Positions 10,888 to 19,770 of a stretch of 64,000 nucleotides of DNA are shown here, in pieces. The notes below the pieces were generated by a model. The model was not told the DNA's origin, ran no database searches, and was given only the letters and a program-made list of their open reading frames with translations. The first letter of the stretch is position 1; every line of letters starts with the position of its first letter. A program made the position numbers and the translations under genes. This stretch comes from Candidatus Latescibacterota bacterium (lineage in GTDB: Bacteria > Latescibacterota > UBA2968 > UBA8231), in NCBI GenBank assembly GCA_965248265.1, contig CBDFJF010000001.1, positions 64,001-128,000 on the forward strand, in the 5' to 3' direction.

Positions 10888-10964
10888 AGCGGGTCGCTAA
10901 AGCGGGTCGCTAAAGCGGGTCGCTAAAGCGGGTCGCTAAAGCGGGTCGCTAAAGCGGGCTGCTA
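10887..10964. repeat. 13-bp tandem repeat (AAGCGGGTCGCTA)x5 plus one variant copy
   Basis: Read directly: units start at 10887, 10900, 10913, 10926 and 10939, with variant AAGCGGGCTGCTA at 10952. Fills the whole gap between two convergent stop codons. Confidence 0.95.
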
Positions 10965-11753
10965 CTCCACGGCATAGAGTGAGTTCACGCAGCCGTCTAC
11001 CCAAACGGACTCCGAGTAGTGATTTACGGCAATTCCATCAGCGATCGGCGTAGGCTTGTTGACGATGAACTCGATCCAGTCCGGGCTGTTGAAAGCCGAA
11101 AAAGCCAACCGAAAGGCTTCGGGATTGCGCTCGACCGGCTGTGAAAAATCCGCGTAGACGACCGGCCCTGTGTCTGTTTGATAGAACACATGACGCTCAC
11201 TGACATTGATCGTCGTCACCGGATAGTCGATGACGATGCCATATCCATTCGACTCGTATTGGGTGCGGGCCGTTACCGGCAACGCGGCATCGACGGCCTC
11301 CACGACCTCCATCGGAGTGCCTAATTCGACTACCTCGATCGGCTTGGGCTTGATCTGATGCTTCCAGAAGAAGTCGGTGTCGATGAGCTGCCGTTCCGGC
11401 TGTTGCCCCAGCGACGGCGGGTCGAGCATGACGGTCTTGCCCTGCTGTGGCCAGCTCTTGACGATCAGCGAGTCCTTCTGTGACATGATGATGCGAAAAT
11501 CGGCATTGGGCTGGGTGAAGATGCCCAGTTCCCTGTCGGATCCCACTCGTTCCGTCTTGCAAGCTTCTGACAGGTAATATTCGGAGACACTTCCCTGTGG
11601 ATCGGTAAGCGTCAGATGGCAATCGACCCGTACTCGCGCGCGGTTGTGGACATTCTGTCGTAGATCGGAAACCGTTTTCGGCGGATGGGCTTCGAAGTCT
11701 GATTCGAAGAACAAGAAGGATCTGTCAAAATCGAGCATGGTAATTGTGACCAT
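10962..11753 (-). CDS. Hypothetical protein (263 aa)
   Basis: Long ORF with GGGAGA RBS upstream and plausible soluble composition; no motif recognised. Confidence 0.75.
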   Translation of the reverse strand: MVTITMLDFDRSFLFFESDFEAHPPKTVSDLRQNVHNRARVRVDCHLTLTDPQGSVSEYYLSEACKTERVGSDRELGIFTQPNADFRIIMSQKDSLIVKSWPQQGKTVMLDPPSLGQQPERQLIDTDFFWKHQIKPKPIEVVELGTPMEVVEAVDAALPVTARTQYESNGYGIVIDYPVTTINVSERHVFYQTDTGPVVYADFSQPVERNPEAFRLAFSAFNSPDWIEFIVNKPTPIADGIAVNHYSESVWVDGCVNSLYAVE

Positions 11754-11804
11754 GGCCTGTCTCCCGTATTGTCGAGGACGATCCGTCCCTCAAGGGACGA
11801 TCGG

Positions 11805-12305
11805 TTACTCAAGCCTGATCGTCGTGTCTTTGTGGAACGTACGCCACCCCAGGCCGGCCCCCGCCGCTGAACCCAGGCCACCGGCGAGCACCACCCCGGC
11901 TGCGTCGACGCTACCGGTCAGGGCCAGCACGCCGGCAGTCAGCGCCCCGATGCCGATCGCCGTTACCGCCGACAACAGGACCTCCGTGATCCCTGCACGC
12001 AGGATGACCCGGTCAACCTCACGAGTGGACACCTGCATCGTGTCTCCCGAACTGCTGCTGTGCAGGACAAATCGATCCCCATGCAGGGTCCGAAGTCTGC
12101 CAACCTTGAACTCGCCGCTGCGCAATACCATGGTCATTTCACGATCAGCGAAACGACGCACCAACTTGCGGGCGCGAACATGACGTGCCTGAGACAACTC
12201 GTCGTCGCGACGGACGGAATCTGCGGCGGCGGACTCCGTGGCAAGAGCGGGCTCGCCGCTCAGGCATGTAAACGACAGGATGAGGTAGAAATAGAGTCGA
12301 TTCAT
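11805..12305 (-). CDS. Hypothetical exported protein with Sm/SH3-like module and Gly-zipper-like tail
   Basis: Signal peptide, LRSGEFKVGRL...VSTREVDRV, then Gly/Ala-rich hydrophobic helices. Confidence 0.7.
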   Translation of the reverse strand: MNRLYFYLILSFTCLSGEPALATESAAADSVRRDDELSQARHVRARKLVRRFADREMTMVLRSGEFKVGRLRTLHGDRFVLHSSSSGDTMQVSTREVDRVILRAGITEVLLSAVTAIGIGALTAGVLALTGSVDAAGVVLAGGLGSAAGAGLGWRTFHKDTTIRLE

Positions 12306-12310
12306 GGCTC

Positions 12311-13642
12311 TCAGAGCTCGTAAAATTCCCAGTAGAGGGTTATGAAAGGTTTTTGGAAATGCATCCCCAATCGCAGCGTCTCTGACACGGCCATGAGCAC
12401 GCCAAAGTCCATGTCCACTGGTCGGTAGCGACCACTGGGACTGTCGAAGGTGAACGGCTCACCGACGTCACCCAGGTAATCGTCCATCGCCTTTCCAAAA
12501 CTCAGGTACTTGTAGCCATTGTCGGCCCACAGCCGTCCTATCAGTTTGAGTCGTTTGGACAAATCGTAGTCCGCGGCCACCCAGACCCGGTACGGAAAGC
12601 GGAAATCGGAATCCCAGGTGAAGGACGAGTCTTTCAGGGCCGGTTTATCGAAGGCCATGCCGTTGGTCGAGAATCCCAGGTGCCACCCCCACTTGCCCCG
12701 GCCCGAACCCAGGGGTTGGCGGTGACTGAGGACGGTGTGGAAGGTCCAGTCGAATTGACGTGCATCTGGATCCTCGAGTACGTCTTCGATCTCCATCGCA
12801 TCGGGTGAGATCTCGTCGAAGCGCTGGTCATCGGAAACGATTACTCCATCTCGGCCCCTGCCGAGCCAATGGCTGTACTGCCGGTAGCGAGAGATCATGC
12901 GGTGGTCGCGAAAGAGCCCAAGCCCGACGGCAAGCGCGGTTTCCGACGCGCCTTGCGCCCGCTGAAAGACGGCGTAACGCAGTTTCACGTTCAGATCGCC
13001 GTTGAAATCGGGTCCGATGTTGGTGAAGACGTTGAAGCGTTCCGAAAAACCGTACCCCAGACTCAACCCGCTTATGTAGAAGGTGTGCGGACGCAACAGA
13101 AACGCTGTCGGATCGGTAAAGGTACCGGTCAAGGTCGCCTCCCCCTGGTAAAAACGCTTCTTCTCTTCTGCCCACGAAATGCGCTTGCCGCCATAGTAGC
13201 GATGCATCTCGCGAATGTCCTCCTTGGAGACGACGACATCGCCGTAGGCGCTGCGAACGACCACCTCCTGAGAATCCTCCTTCAGGACGGGACCGTCGTA
13301 CCCGGTATCATCCTTCTTAACCACTTCTACCGTCTCCTCCAGGATCGCCATGGCCGGTATCCGCAGGGTCCCGTCGAGGGTCTCGATCGTGCACACGTTG
13401 ACGCCGTCGATGTCGACGATCTTGCCAGTGACGGCGTTGCCGTCACGTAGGTGGAAGCGCTTGGACATCCCTATGTGCAGGGCCCGCGCAGCGCTTGAGG
13501 ACGCCGGTGACACCAGCTCCAGAGAGTCCGCTTCAGGTGAGATGGCTCCGGCCCAGGTTGGCCCGGCCACGAGCAAAACAATGATCGTTATGATCGGTAT
13601 CATCGTTATCATGGTAGTGGTGTACGAAGCGATCGCTTTCAT
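12311..13642 (-). CDS. Hypothetical outer-membrane protein with two N-terminal Sm-like repeats
   Basis: GGAGG RBS and signal peptide. LRDGNAVTGKIV and KKDDTGYDGPVL repeats, followed by an amphipathic beta-rich region ending ITLYWEFYEL. Confidence 0.75.
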   Translation of the reverse strand: MKAIASYTTTMITMIPIITIIVLLVAGPTWAGAISPEADSLELVSPASSSAARALHIGMSKRFHLRDGNAVTGKIVDIDGVNVCTIETLDGTLRIPAMAILEETVEVVKKDDTGYDGPVLKEDSQEVVVRSAYGDVVVSKEDIREMHRYYGGKRISWAEEKKRFYQGEATLTGTFTDPTAFLLRPHTFYISGLSLGYGFSERFNVFTNIGPDFNGDLNVKLRYAVFQRAQGASETALAVGLGLFRDHRMISRYRQYSHWLGRGRDGVIVSDDQRFDEISPDAMEIEDVLEDPDARQFDWTFHTVLSHRQPLGSGRGKWGWHLGFSTNGMAFDKPALKDSSFTWDSDFRFPYRVWVAADYDLSKRLKLIGRLWADNGYKYLSFGKAMDDYLGDVGEPFTFDSPSGRYRPVDMDFGVLMAVSETLRLGMHFQKPFITLYWEFYEL

Positions 13643-13708
13643 GACCGAACCTCCCTGGTGTTGTTACGCGTTTTCAAGACATTGGCGAGAGTGCCACTTA
13701 AACCGTCG

Positions 13709-14833
13709 TCATTCGGACCGGTGACCGGTTGCCTTGACCTCTCCCCACGAAGTGGATGCGACAGCCGTTGACTGACCATTGACCCGCAGCGTCGAGACCA
13801 CGCCGGCATGATCGGACGGCCACAGATCGGATGCCGTGCGGTTATCGGAGTCCGCACCTACGACGCTGGCCGTTTCGACTGAGCTGATCATCTCTGAGCG
13901 GGGACCGCCGAACAGGATGAGATCGATGCGCCGGTTGAAGGACACGGTCGGATTCAGCAGATCGTCGTCGTGACAACAGGTGTACCCCGCGGCCTCATCC
14001 TCTCCAGCCTCCTTCCATGCGTCGCGGAAGCCGGCCTGCATCATCATGCCGTAGGTATCGGTTGTACTGCCGTCGGCAGCCGAGTTGAAGTCACCCAGCA
14101 GGACGACCGGATGCGGTGAGGCCGCGGCGATTTCCAGCAATTGAGCTGCTTGTGCCATCTGCACCGGTGCGGCGGCTCCGCCGCGCTCTAGATGCGTGCT
14201 GACGAAGCGAAAGGTCGCGCCATCCGCGATTACATCGGCCGCCGCCCAACCTCGACGTAGCGTGATGGGGGGGCCCTCTTCGCCGCCGATGGGCAAGGTT
14301 AGATTGATGTCGTAATTGCCGGCCTCTCCGCCCTGAACACTCATGTCTGATCGGACCAGGATCACGTCGCGGTCGGTGAGTCGGATATCGTCCCCCGTGG
14401 AATCGAGCATCTCGACATCAGTCCCGATCATGGTCGAGACCTCATGATAGGAGGCACCACGAGCCTCCAACTCGTCGAGCAACAGGGCGAGGAAGTCGAC
14501 GGCGACCTCGGTGGCCTGCTCGGGATTCCCCTCAAGGAAATCCCCCGGTGACTGAATGCGATACAATGCCACTTCCTGCAGCCCTACGACGTGTGGATTG
14601 GCGTCGGCGATCTCGGTGGCAATCACCCGGGCTCGCTGAGAGAAATCGGTAGCCTGAATGGCCGACCACATCTCCGTCACCAGCGGTGGGACCTCAGCCA
14701 TGGACTGCGCCGCCAGTAGCGGATTGATCGGCGCCCCTATATAGATGTTGCGAGTCATCACCTTCATGTCTTTCGCTCCAACCACCACTGTGGCGACTGC
14801 GAGTGTCAATGGGATCAGGATCTTCCTCTTCAT
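13709..14833 (-). CDS. Secreted endonuclease/exonuclease/phosphatase (EEP) family protein
   Basis: MKRK signal peptide after a GGAGG RBS. VMTRNI, VGLQEV, STHLE, LLGDFN, RIDLI and PSDHAGV motifs; C-terminal TAVASTSWGEVK. Confidence 0.92.
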   Translation of the reverse strand: MKRKILIPLTLAVATVVVGAKDMKVMTRNIYIGAPINPLLAAQSMAEVPPLVTEMWSAIQATDFSQRARVIATEIADANPHVVGLQEVALYRIQSPGDFLEGNPEQATEVAVDFLALLLDELEARGASYHEVSTMIGTDVEMLDSTGDDIRLTDRDVILVRSDMSVQGGEAGNYDINLTLPIGGEEGPPITLRRGWAAADVIADGATFRFVSTHLERGGAAAPVQMAQAAQLLEIAAASPHPVVLLGDFNSAADGSTTDTYGMMMQAGFRDAWKEAGEDEAAGYTCCHDDDLLNPTVSFNRRIDLILFGGPRSEMISSVETASVVGADSDNRTASDLWPSDHAGVVSTLRVNGQSTAVASTSWGEVKATGHRSE

Positions 14834-14915
14834 CGGAGCCCTCCGCGTGTGAGTTCGAATGACGGGGTTGCGCATGACACGTTGTCGGCGCCAACCCGGT
14901 CGCACCGCACACCTG

Positions 14916-14931
14916 GCAAAGTCGGTACCAG
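14916..14931 (-). promoter_or_regulatory. Sigma54 -24/-12 promoter for the EEP operon
   Basis: Minus strand reads CTGGTACCGACTTTGC (GG-N10-GC), about 80 bp upstream of ATG 14833. Confidence 0.75.
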
Positions 14932-14960
14932 TAGCCGTTTCGAAATCAGCCTGCCGTCCA

Positions 14961-14973
14961 TAACCTGTTAATT
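14961..14973 (-). promoter_or_regulatory. IHF-like site (1 mismatch)
   Basis: Minus strand AATTAACAGGTTA versus consensus WATCAANNNNTTR, 30 bp upstream of the left sigma54 promoter. Confidence 0.45.
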
Positions 14974-15035
14974 TTATGTCGGTTACATATGAAACTATCT
15001 CCCCTTTCAGAGCTTTCGTGTCCACGAAAATCGAT

Positions 15036-15199
15036 TGCGCATATATGCGCGAACGTGCGTAACTTCTGCACACTTACCCAAATATGGCTTGCAATCAGAG
15101 ACACCGAGGGTATATTGACGTTGCTAATCTTGCGTAATAGTGCGCTAATTTGCGTAATCATTGCGCGACCATGCATCCTGAGTTGCATTCGAGATTGCG
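15036..15199 (+). repeat. Two helically phased arrays of TGC(G) direct repeats (putative enhancer/UAS)
   Basis: TGC(G) cores at 15036, 15046, 15056, 15067 and at 15122, 15131, 15141, 15151, 15162, 15172, 15184, 15196. Best unit TTGCGTAAT. Confidence 0.7.
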
Positions 15200-15221
15200 A
15201 TTCACATCCTATGAACCGTAA

Positions 15222-15234
15222 AATCAAGAAGTTA
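15222..15234 (+). promoter_or_regulatory. IHF binding site
   Basis: AATCAAGAAGTTA is an exact match to WATCAANNNNTTR, lying between the repeat array and the right sigma54 promoter. Confidence 0.65.
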
Positions 15235-15261
15235 CGCATCTGATCGAACGCTCGCTGTCAG

Positions 15262-15277
15262 TTGGTACATTCTTTGC
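15262..15277 (+). promoter_or_regulatory. Sigma54 -24/-12 promoter for the regulator gene
   Basis: TTGGTACATTCTTTGC (GG-N10-GC), 70 bp upstream of ATG 15347. Confidence 0.75.
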
Positions 15278-15346
15278 GTAACCACTGACAGAAGGCCAAA
15301 ACGCGCAATTCGATCGACAGGAATTCTAACTTGTGAGAGGTATACG

Positions 15347-17350
15347 ATGACTCAGTTGGCAACAAACCCTGCGAGTCCGATGCGGGCGAGAGGCCCAGAA
15401 CCTGCAGTCCTCAAGAGATTGCGCCGCGCAGTACAACGCGACCGTCTCATCGCCGACATAGCCGCCATGGCGCCGCAGGACCAGGCCCTGGTGCTGACCA
15501 ATCGGCTCGCTCAGACCACCGTCCGCTACCTCACCTCCATCGATCAGATTACCGGCCAACGACTGGCGGAGGAACTGCGCTCGATCACCTCCCCGAGTGA
15601 GTACGATATGCTGCTGGAGGATCGGACCTACACCTTCTTTCACGTAGTTCAGTTTCTCTATGAGTACGCGAAACACTACGCCACGGTCTCTGACCGCCGC
15701 TTCTTCTGCTTCGGCATGGGGCGTGGAGGTGGTGGTATTGAAGTTGCCCCCGACACCGAAGTGGTCAGCTTGCTGGTGCTGTTGATGAGCGCCTTGCCCT
15801 CGGATTCCGACAGCCACAACCTCAATCTCGTCATGGAACAGCTGGGGCCGACCATTCTTCAGACGGTCCTGACCCCCTCCCTGTTCGACGTCGAGGTCAA
15901 CACCATCGGCAACTCCGGTCTGCGGTTGACCTTGCGTTATTCTGATCGACGCCAGTTGGAAGCCCGTCTTGGCGAATACGGCCTTGAGGGTGACACCGGG
16001 CAGCTTTTCCTAAACACTGCCATGCATGTTCAAGGCCTGGTGCAGCTGGCCTTTGACACCTTCGTCCAGAACGCCGACGGGGCGATACGTACCGAGGGGC
16101 TCATTCAGGATCTGTCAACGGACGAGTCCGCGCAGATCGAGAGGACCTGCACCTGCCATTGGCAGATTGAGTGGGACTTGGATGTGGTACTGCGACGCGA
16201 GGCTGAGCCGCAACAGGTCCTGCAGCTGGGCAGCGTGATATTCCAGGCCCTGCACCGCAAGGACCTGCAGTACTACCATGAGCGCATCAAAACACTCGAG
16301 ATGCAGGTCCAGGAGCTGTCACAAGATGGCCGCTTTCACGAGATGATCGGCCGCAGCTCGAGAATGAGACAGCTGTACCAGCTGGTCGATCAGGTAGCCA
16401 CTTCGGACCAGACGGTTCTCATTCGCGGCGAGTCCGGCACCGGCAAAGAGCTTACCGCCCGGGCCCTGCACCAGAGTAGCCCGCGTCGCGACCTTCCGTT
16501 TGTCGCCGTCAATTGCGCTGCGTTTTCTGAAAATCTGCTGGAAAGCGAGCTCTTTGGGCACGAAAAGGGGGCCTTCACCGGCGCCATTCAAACCAAACCC
16601 GGACGCTTCGAGCGTGCGGACGGAGGCACCTTGTTTCTCGACGAGGTTGGCGACATCCCGCTCATCACGCAGGTCAAGCTGCTGCGCGTGATCGAAGACC
16701 AAACCTTCGAGCGTGTCGGTGGAACGGAGAGCATTCGTGTCGATGTCCGCATCGTCGGGGCGACCAACCGCAATCTCGAGGAGCTTATCGCGAGCGGCCA
16801 GTTCAGAGAGGATTTCTTCTTCAGACTGCACGTGCTGCCGATCGAACTGCCTTCACTGCGCGAACACGCCGAGGACATCCCGGAACTTGCCCAGCACTTT
16901 CTCGAGCAAATCGCCACGCGCTCCAAAAAGGAGGTGACCGGACTGTCCCGCGGTGCCGTCGAACGGCTCGTCAGTTACCCGTGGCCCGGCAACATTCGCG
17001 AACTCAGAAACGTCATCGAACGCGCCGTGGCGGTTTATGCCAGGGAATCAACGCTGAGCGAAAGTGACATATCCCGGTCGTTGGGCATGCACGAACGAGC
17101 AGCGCCAGTAGTACCACTGAACCTCAGACAACGCCGTCAGGTAGAGTTCATGAACGGCTTCCCGTCAGGCTCCACCATCGAGGACATTCTCGAGCATCTC
17201 ATCCACGCGCAGACTCCAGGCAGCTCCCGGCGCAGCCTGCAGAACGACCTACGCAAGCTTTCCGACATGGGCTACGTCGTCTGGCTCAAGGACGGCAGCG
17301 CTCGAACCTACACGACAACGGAGCTGGGACGGCAGCTGTCCCAATCGTAA
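15347..17350 (+). CDS. Sigma54-dependent enhancer-binding transcriptional activator with non-REC N-terminal domain and C-terminal winged helix
   Basis: [49 protein letters not shown]-terminus LNLRQ...[18 protein letters not shown]...GSARTY. Confidence 0.95.
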   Translation: MTQLATNPASPMRARGPEPAVLKRLRRAVQRDRLIADIAAMAPQDQALVLTNRLAQTTVRYLTSIDQITGQRLAEELRSITSPSEYDMLLEDRTYTFFHVVQFLYEYAKHYATVSDRRFFCFGMGRGGGGIEVAPDTEVVSLLVLLMSALPSDSDSHNLNLVMEQLGPTILQTVLTPSLFDVEVNTIGNSGLRLTLRYSDRRQLEARLGEYGLEGDTGQLFLNTAMHVQGLVQLAFDTFVQNADGAIRTEGLIQDLSTDESAQIERTCTCHWQIEWDLDVVLRREAEPQQVLQLGSVIFQALHRKDLQYYHERIKTLEMQVQELSQDGRFHEMIGRSSRMRQLYQLVDQVATSDQTVLIRGESGTGKELTARALHQSSPRRDLPFVAVNCAAFSENLLESELFGHEKGAFTGAIQTKPGRFERADGGTLFLDEVGDIPLITQVKLLRVIEDQTFERVGGTESIRVDVRIVGATNRNLEELIASGQFREDFFFRLHVLPIELPSLREHAEDIPELAQHFLEQIATRSKKEVTGLSRGAVERLVSYPWPGNIRELRNVIERAVAVYARESTLSESDISRSLGMHERAAPVVPLNLRQRRQVEFMNGFPSGSTIEDILEHLIHAQTPGSSRRSLQNDLRKLSDMGYVVWLKDGSARTYTTTELGRQLSQS

Positions 17351-17443
17351 GCCGGACCCCTTCCTCGAAAACACACACTGGGTGTCTGCGCGGTTCTACA
17401 ATCGTTAGATTGTGCGCTCCCCTTTTCGCGAAACGAGGATGCC

Positions 17444-18457
17444 ATGGCCACCCAGGCGACGGTAGACGTCAGATCATTCATAGTCGGAGCGTTGGTCGGA
17501 GCCGTCGTCCTGTTCGCCGTTGGAGCGTGGTTCTGGGACCGGCAGGAAGCACCGTTACGGTGGAGTACGGCTGAGACCGAACGAGACCGCGCCGAGGAGG
17601 TTACTCCGAACTCGAATGTGTTTGATTACGCCGCCCAGTTCGAGCAGCAGCTGAAGGTCGAGGATGCGTTGCAGAAAAAGGCTCAAACCATGCTCGATGG
17701 GATTATCGGAAAGAATCGATCCTTCGTGAGGGTCAACGTCAGCATGGACTTCAGCCGCCGTACGATGGAGGCCAGCTCGGTGGAACCGGGAACCACCCAG
17801 ACCGTGCTGAGTGAGGAGACCTCTGAGAAGAATTCAGCCGAAACAGGTACCGAAGAGAGCGTCGCGCGCAGCTACGGCGTCAACCGCTTGATTGAAGACA
17901 CAACTGGATCCATCGGCACGATCACCAGACTCACTATGGCGCTGTCAGTCGACATGACCAAGGTCATTCACGACATCGAGACCAATGAGTTTCGCGAGGT
18001 CGACCGTCAACAGGAGGAGATCGACCAGCTGGAGCAACTCGTGAAGCAGTCCGTTGGTTTCGACGAGACGCGTGGTGACGAGAGCACCATTTTCGCACTG
18101 CGCTTCGACAAATCCCAGGAGATTCAGGCAAAGGAAACTGCCGTAACAAAGGAGCGGCGCGGGTTTTGGGTCAACGTTGCCAAGATCGCTGCCATACTCA
18201 TCGCCCTGCTGGTACTGCGACGGATGTGGCGAAGCAGTGATTCCAACGATATCAGGAGATACTTGGCGGACAAAGACAGTCAAGCCGCGTTGTTGATCGC
18301 CGCCGGTGTCTTTCTGTGTGCCCACGCCCTCCACTTGTGGGGCGACTCTCTGAGCTGGGGTGAACTCGGCGCACTGCCCGGACTGTTCTTTCTACTGCTG
18401 GGAGTATCCAGAGTCTGCCGATGCTGCTCATCGCCGGAGGCACCACAGTCAGCGTGA
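17444..18457 (+). CDS. Membrane protein containing only the FliF C-terminal ring-building (RBM3/beta-collar) domain
   Basis: QTMLDGIIGKNRSFVRVNVSMDFS...VLSEE...YGVNRLIE...GTITRLTMALSVD...LEQLVKQSVGFDETRGD matches the FliF C-domain; N- and C-terminal TM helices. Confidence 0.8.
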   Translation: MATQATVDVRSFIVGALVGAVVLFAVGAWFWDRQEAPLRWSTAETERDRAEEVTPNSNVFDYAAQFEQQLKVEDALQKKAQTMLDGIIGKNRSFVRVNVSMDFSRRTMEASSVEPGTTQTVLSEETSEKNSAETGTEESVARSYGVNRLIEDTTGSIGTITRLTMALSVDMTKVIHDIETNEFREVDRQQEEIDQLEQLVKQSVGFDETRGDESTIFALRFDKSQEIQAKETAVTKERRGFWVNVAKIAAILIALLVLRRMWRSSDSNDIRRYLADKDSQAALLIAAGVFLCAHALHLWGDSLSWGELGALPGLFFLLLGVSRVCRCCSSPEAPQSA

Positions 18458-19770
18458 CAGACCCGAACATCGTAATCCCCGACAACGGCTATCCGCAGGT
18501 ACTGCCCACCGCTTCCGGCGAACCCATCACAATCGTCATCGATGCCACCGCAGAGGCGTCGTTTCAGCGTCTGTGGGGGTTGACTTTGATAGAGCGGAGC
18601 GTGCGTCTCGTGGAACGGTTGGGAGCGCGATCCATACACATCTTCGCGCGCGCAGCGGATGAGGACCGGGCTCGACGCCGCAAGCTTTCCGGACCATCGG
18701 AGCCAATTATACATACTGCAGAAACTGTCTTCGGTGAGGAACTGGAGCGGTTGATCGGCGAGGCGCCTGGAGCGGTCCTCCTCCTCGAGGGCCATACAGT
18801 GTATGATCGCCGTTTCGTTGGGCTGATGTGGCAGCAGCCCGCGCCCAGTGTGGGAGTCAGAAACGACAACCAGCCGCTCGAAGCGCTGGCCCTGCTCATA
18901 GATGCCGGCTCGGCGTCCATCGTCGGCAATCTCGCGGATGGAAACGATGGAGATGAACGCGTTAGCACAATCCTGGCCAGCGGTTCGGTACGCAAGGTCG
19001 AGATGGATTCACTCGACCACCGCATCGCCCACCTGCGCAAATCCGTCGCTCCCGAGGTCATCCGCGTCGACGACAAGACCTCGCGCAAGCGCGCCGATGA
19101 CTATCTGAAATCGCTCTCCGGCAAAGGCATCAATGATCTGGTTGGTGAGTTCATCCACCCGCCGATCGAGTTTTTTCTCACACGGCTCGCCGCCCGCTCC
19201 CCGGTCACACCCGATCAGATATCCTACTTGATCATCATCCTCAGCATCGCCGCCATTCCCCTGTTCGCAGTCGGACGCCTGTGGGAGGGTATCGCCATCA
19301 ACCTGATTCGGGGAGTCGTCGACGGCGTCGACGGCAAGCTGGCCCGCCTTACCCTGCGCGAATCAGAAGGCGGCAACGTCCTCGACCACGGCACGGACAC
19401 CGCCTACCTGCCACTGCTGTTCGCTGCCTTCGGGTATTACCTGGCTGATGGCGACTGGCTTTCGTCTGCCGCCATTTCCAGCTACCTCCTCCACTTCTTC
19501 TACTGGCACAACCGCGTGTTTACTTCCTGGTACCGCAACTTCTTCGATGAAGCGGATGGGGAGTTTCGTGCCAGCGATCGCATTGTCCGGCGGTTCCATC
19601 CCAAGCGCAACATCTTCATCCTCATGCTCATCATCGCGATGGCAGCCGGGCGACCGGAACTCGCTCTCTATGGCATAACGGGGTTGACCATGTTCATGCA
19701 CTTCTTCCGCATCGCCCGCGTCGATCAGGAGGGACGCCGGCTCAAACGCGAGCGGGATTCAGCCAGGTAA
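18454..19770 (+). CDS. CDP-alcohol phosphatidyltransferase with degenerate N-terminal nucleotidyltransferase-like domain
   Basis: DGVDGKLARLTLRESEGGNVLDHGTD signature, VTPDQIS; GTGA overlap with the upstream gene. Confidence 0.88.
   Translation: MTDPNIVIPDNGYPQVLPTASGEPITIVIDATAEASFQRLWGLTLIERSVRLVERLGARSIHIFARAADEDRARRRKLSGPSEPIIHTAETVFGEELERLIGEAPGAVLLLEGHTVYDRRFVGLMWQQPAPSVGVRNDNQPLEALALLIDAGSASIVGNLADGNDGDERVSTILASGSVRKVEMDSLDHRIAHLRKSVAPEVIRVDDKTSRKRADDYLKSLSGKGINDLVGEFIHPPIEFFLTRLAARSPVTPDQISYLIIILSIAAIPLFAVGRLWEGIAINLIRGVVDGVDGKLARLTLRESEGGNVLDHGTDTAYLPLLFAAFGYYLADGDWLSSAAISSYLLHFFYWHNRVFTSWYRNFFDEADGEFRASDRIVRRFHPKRNIFILMLIIAMAAGRPELALYGITGLTMFMHFFRIARVDQEGRRLKRERDSAR

Noticed and set aside
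10887-10964. CRISPR array
   Set aside because: The 13-bp units are contiguous with no spacers, and there are no cas genes.
14946-15243. Short ORFs on both strands and the 80-aa N-terminal extension of the EEP ORF
   Set aside because: They overlap the promoter/enhancer region. The EEP start with RBS and signal peptide is at 14833.
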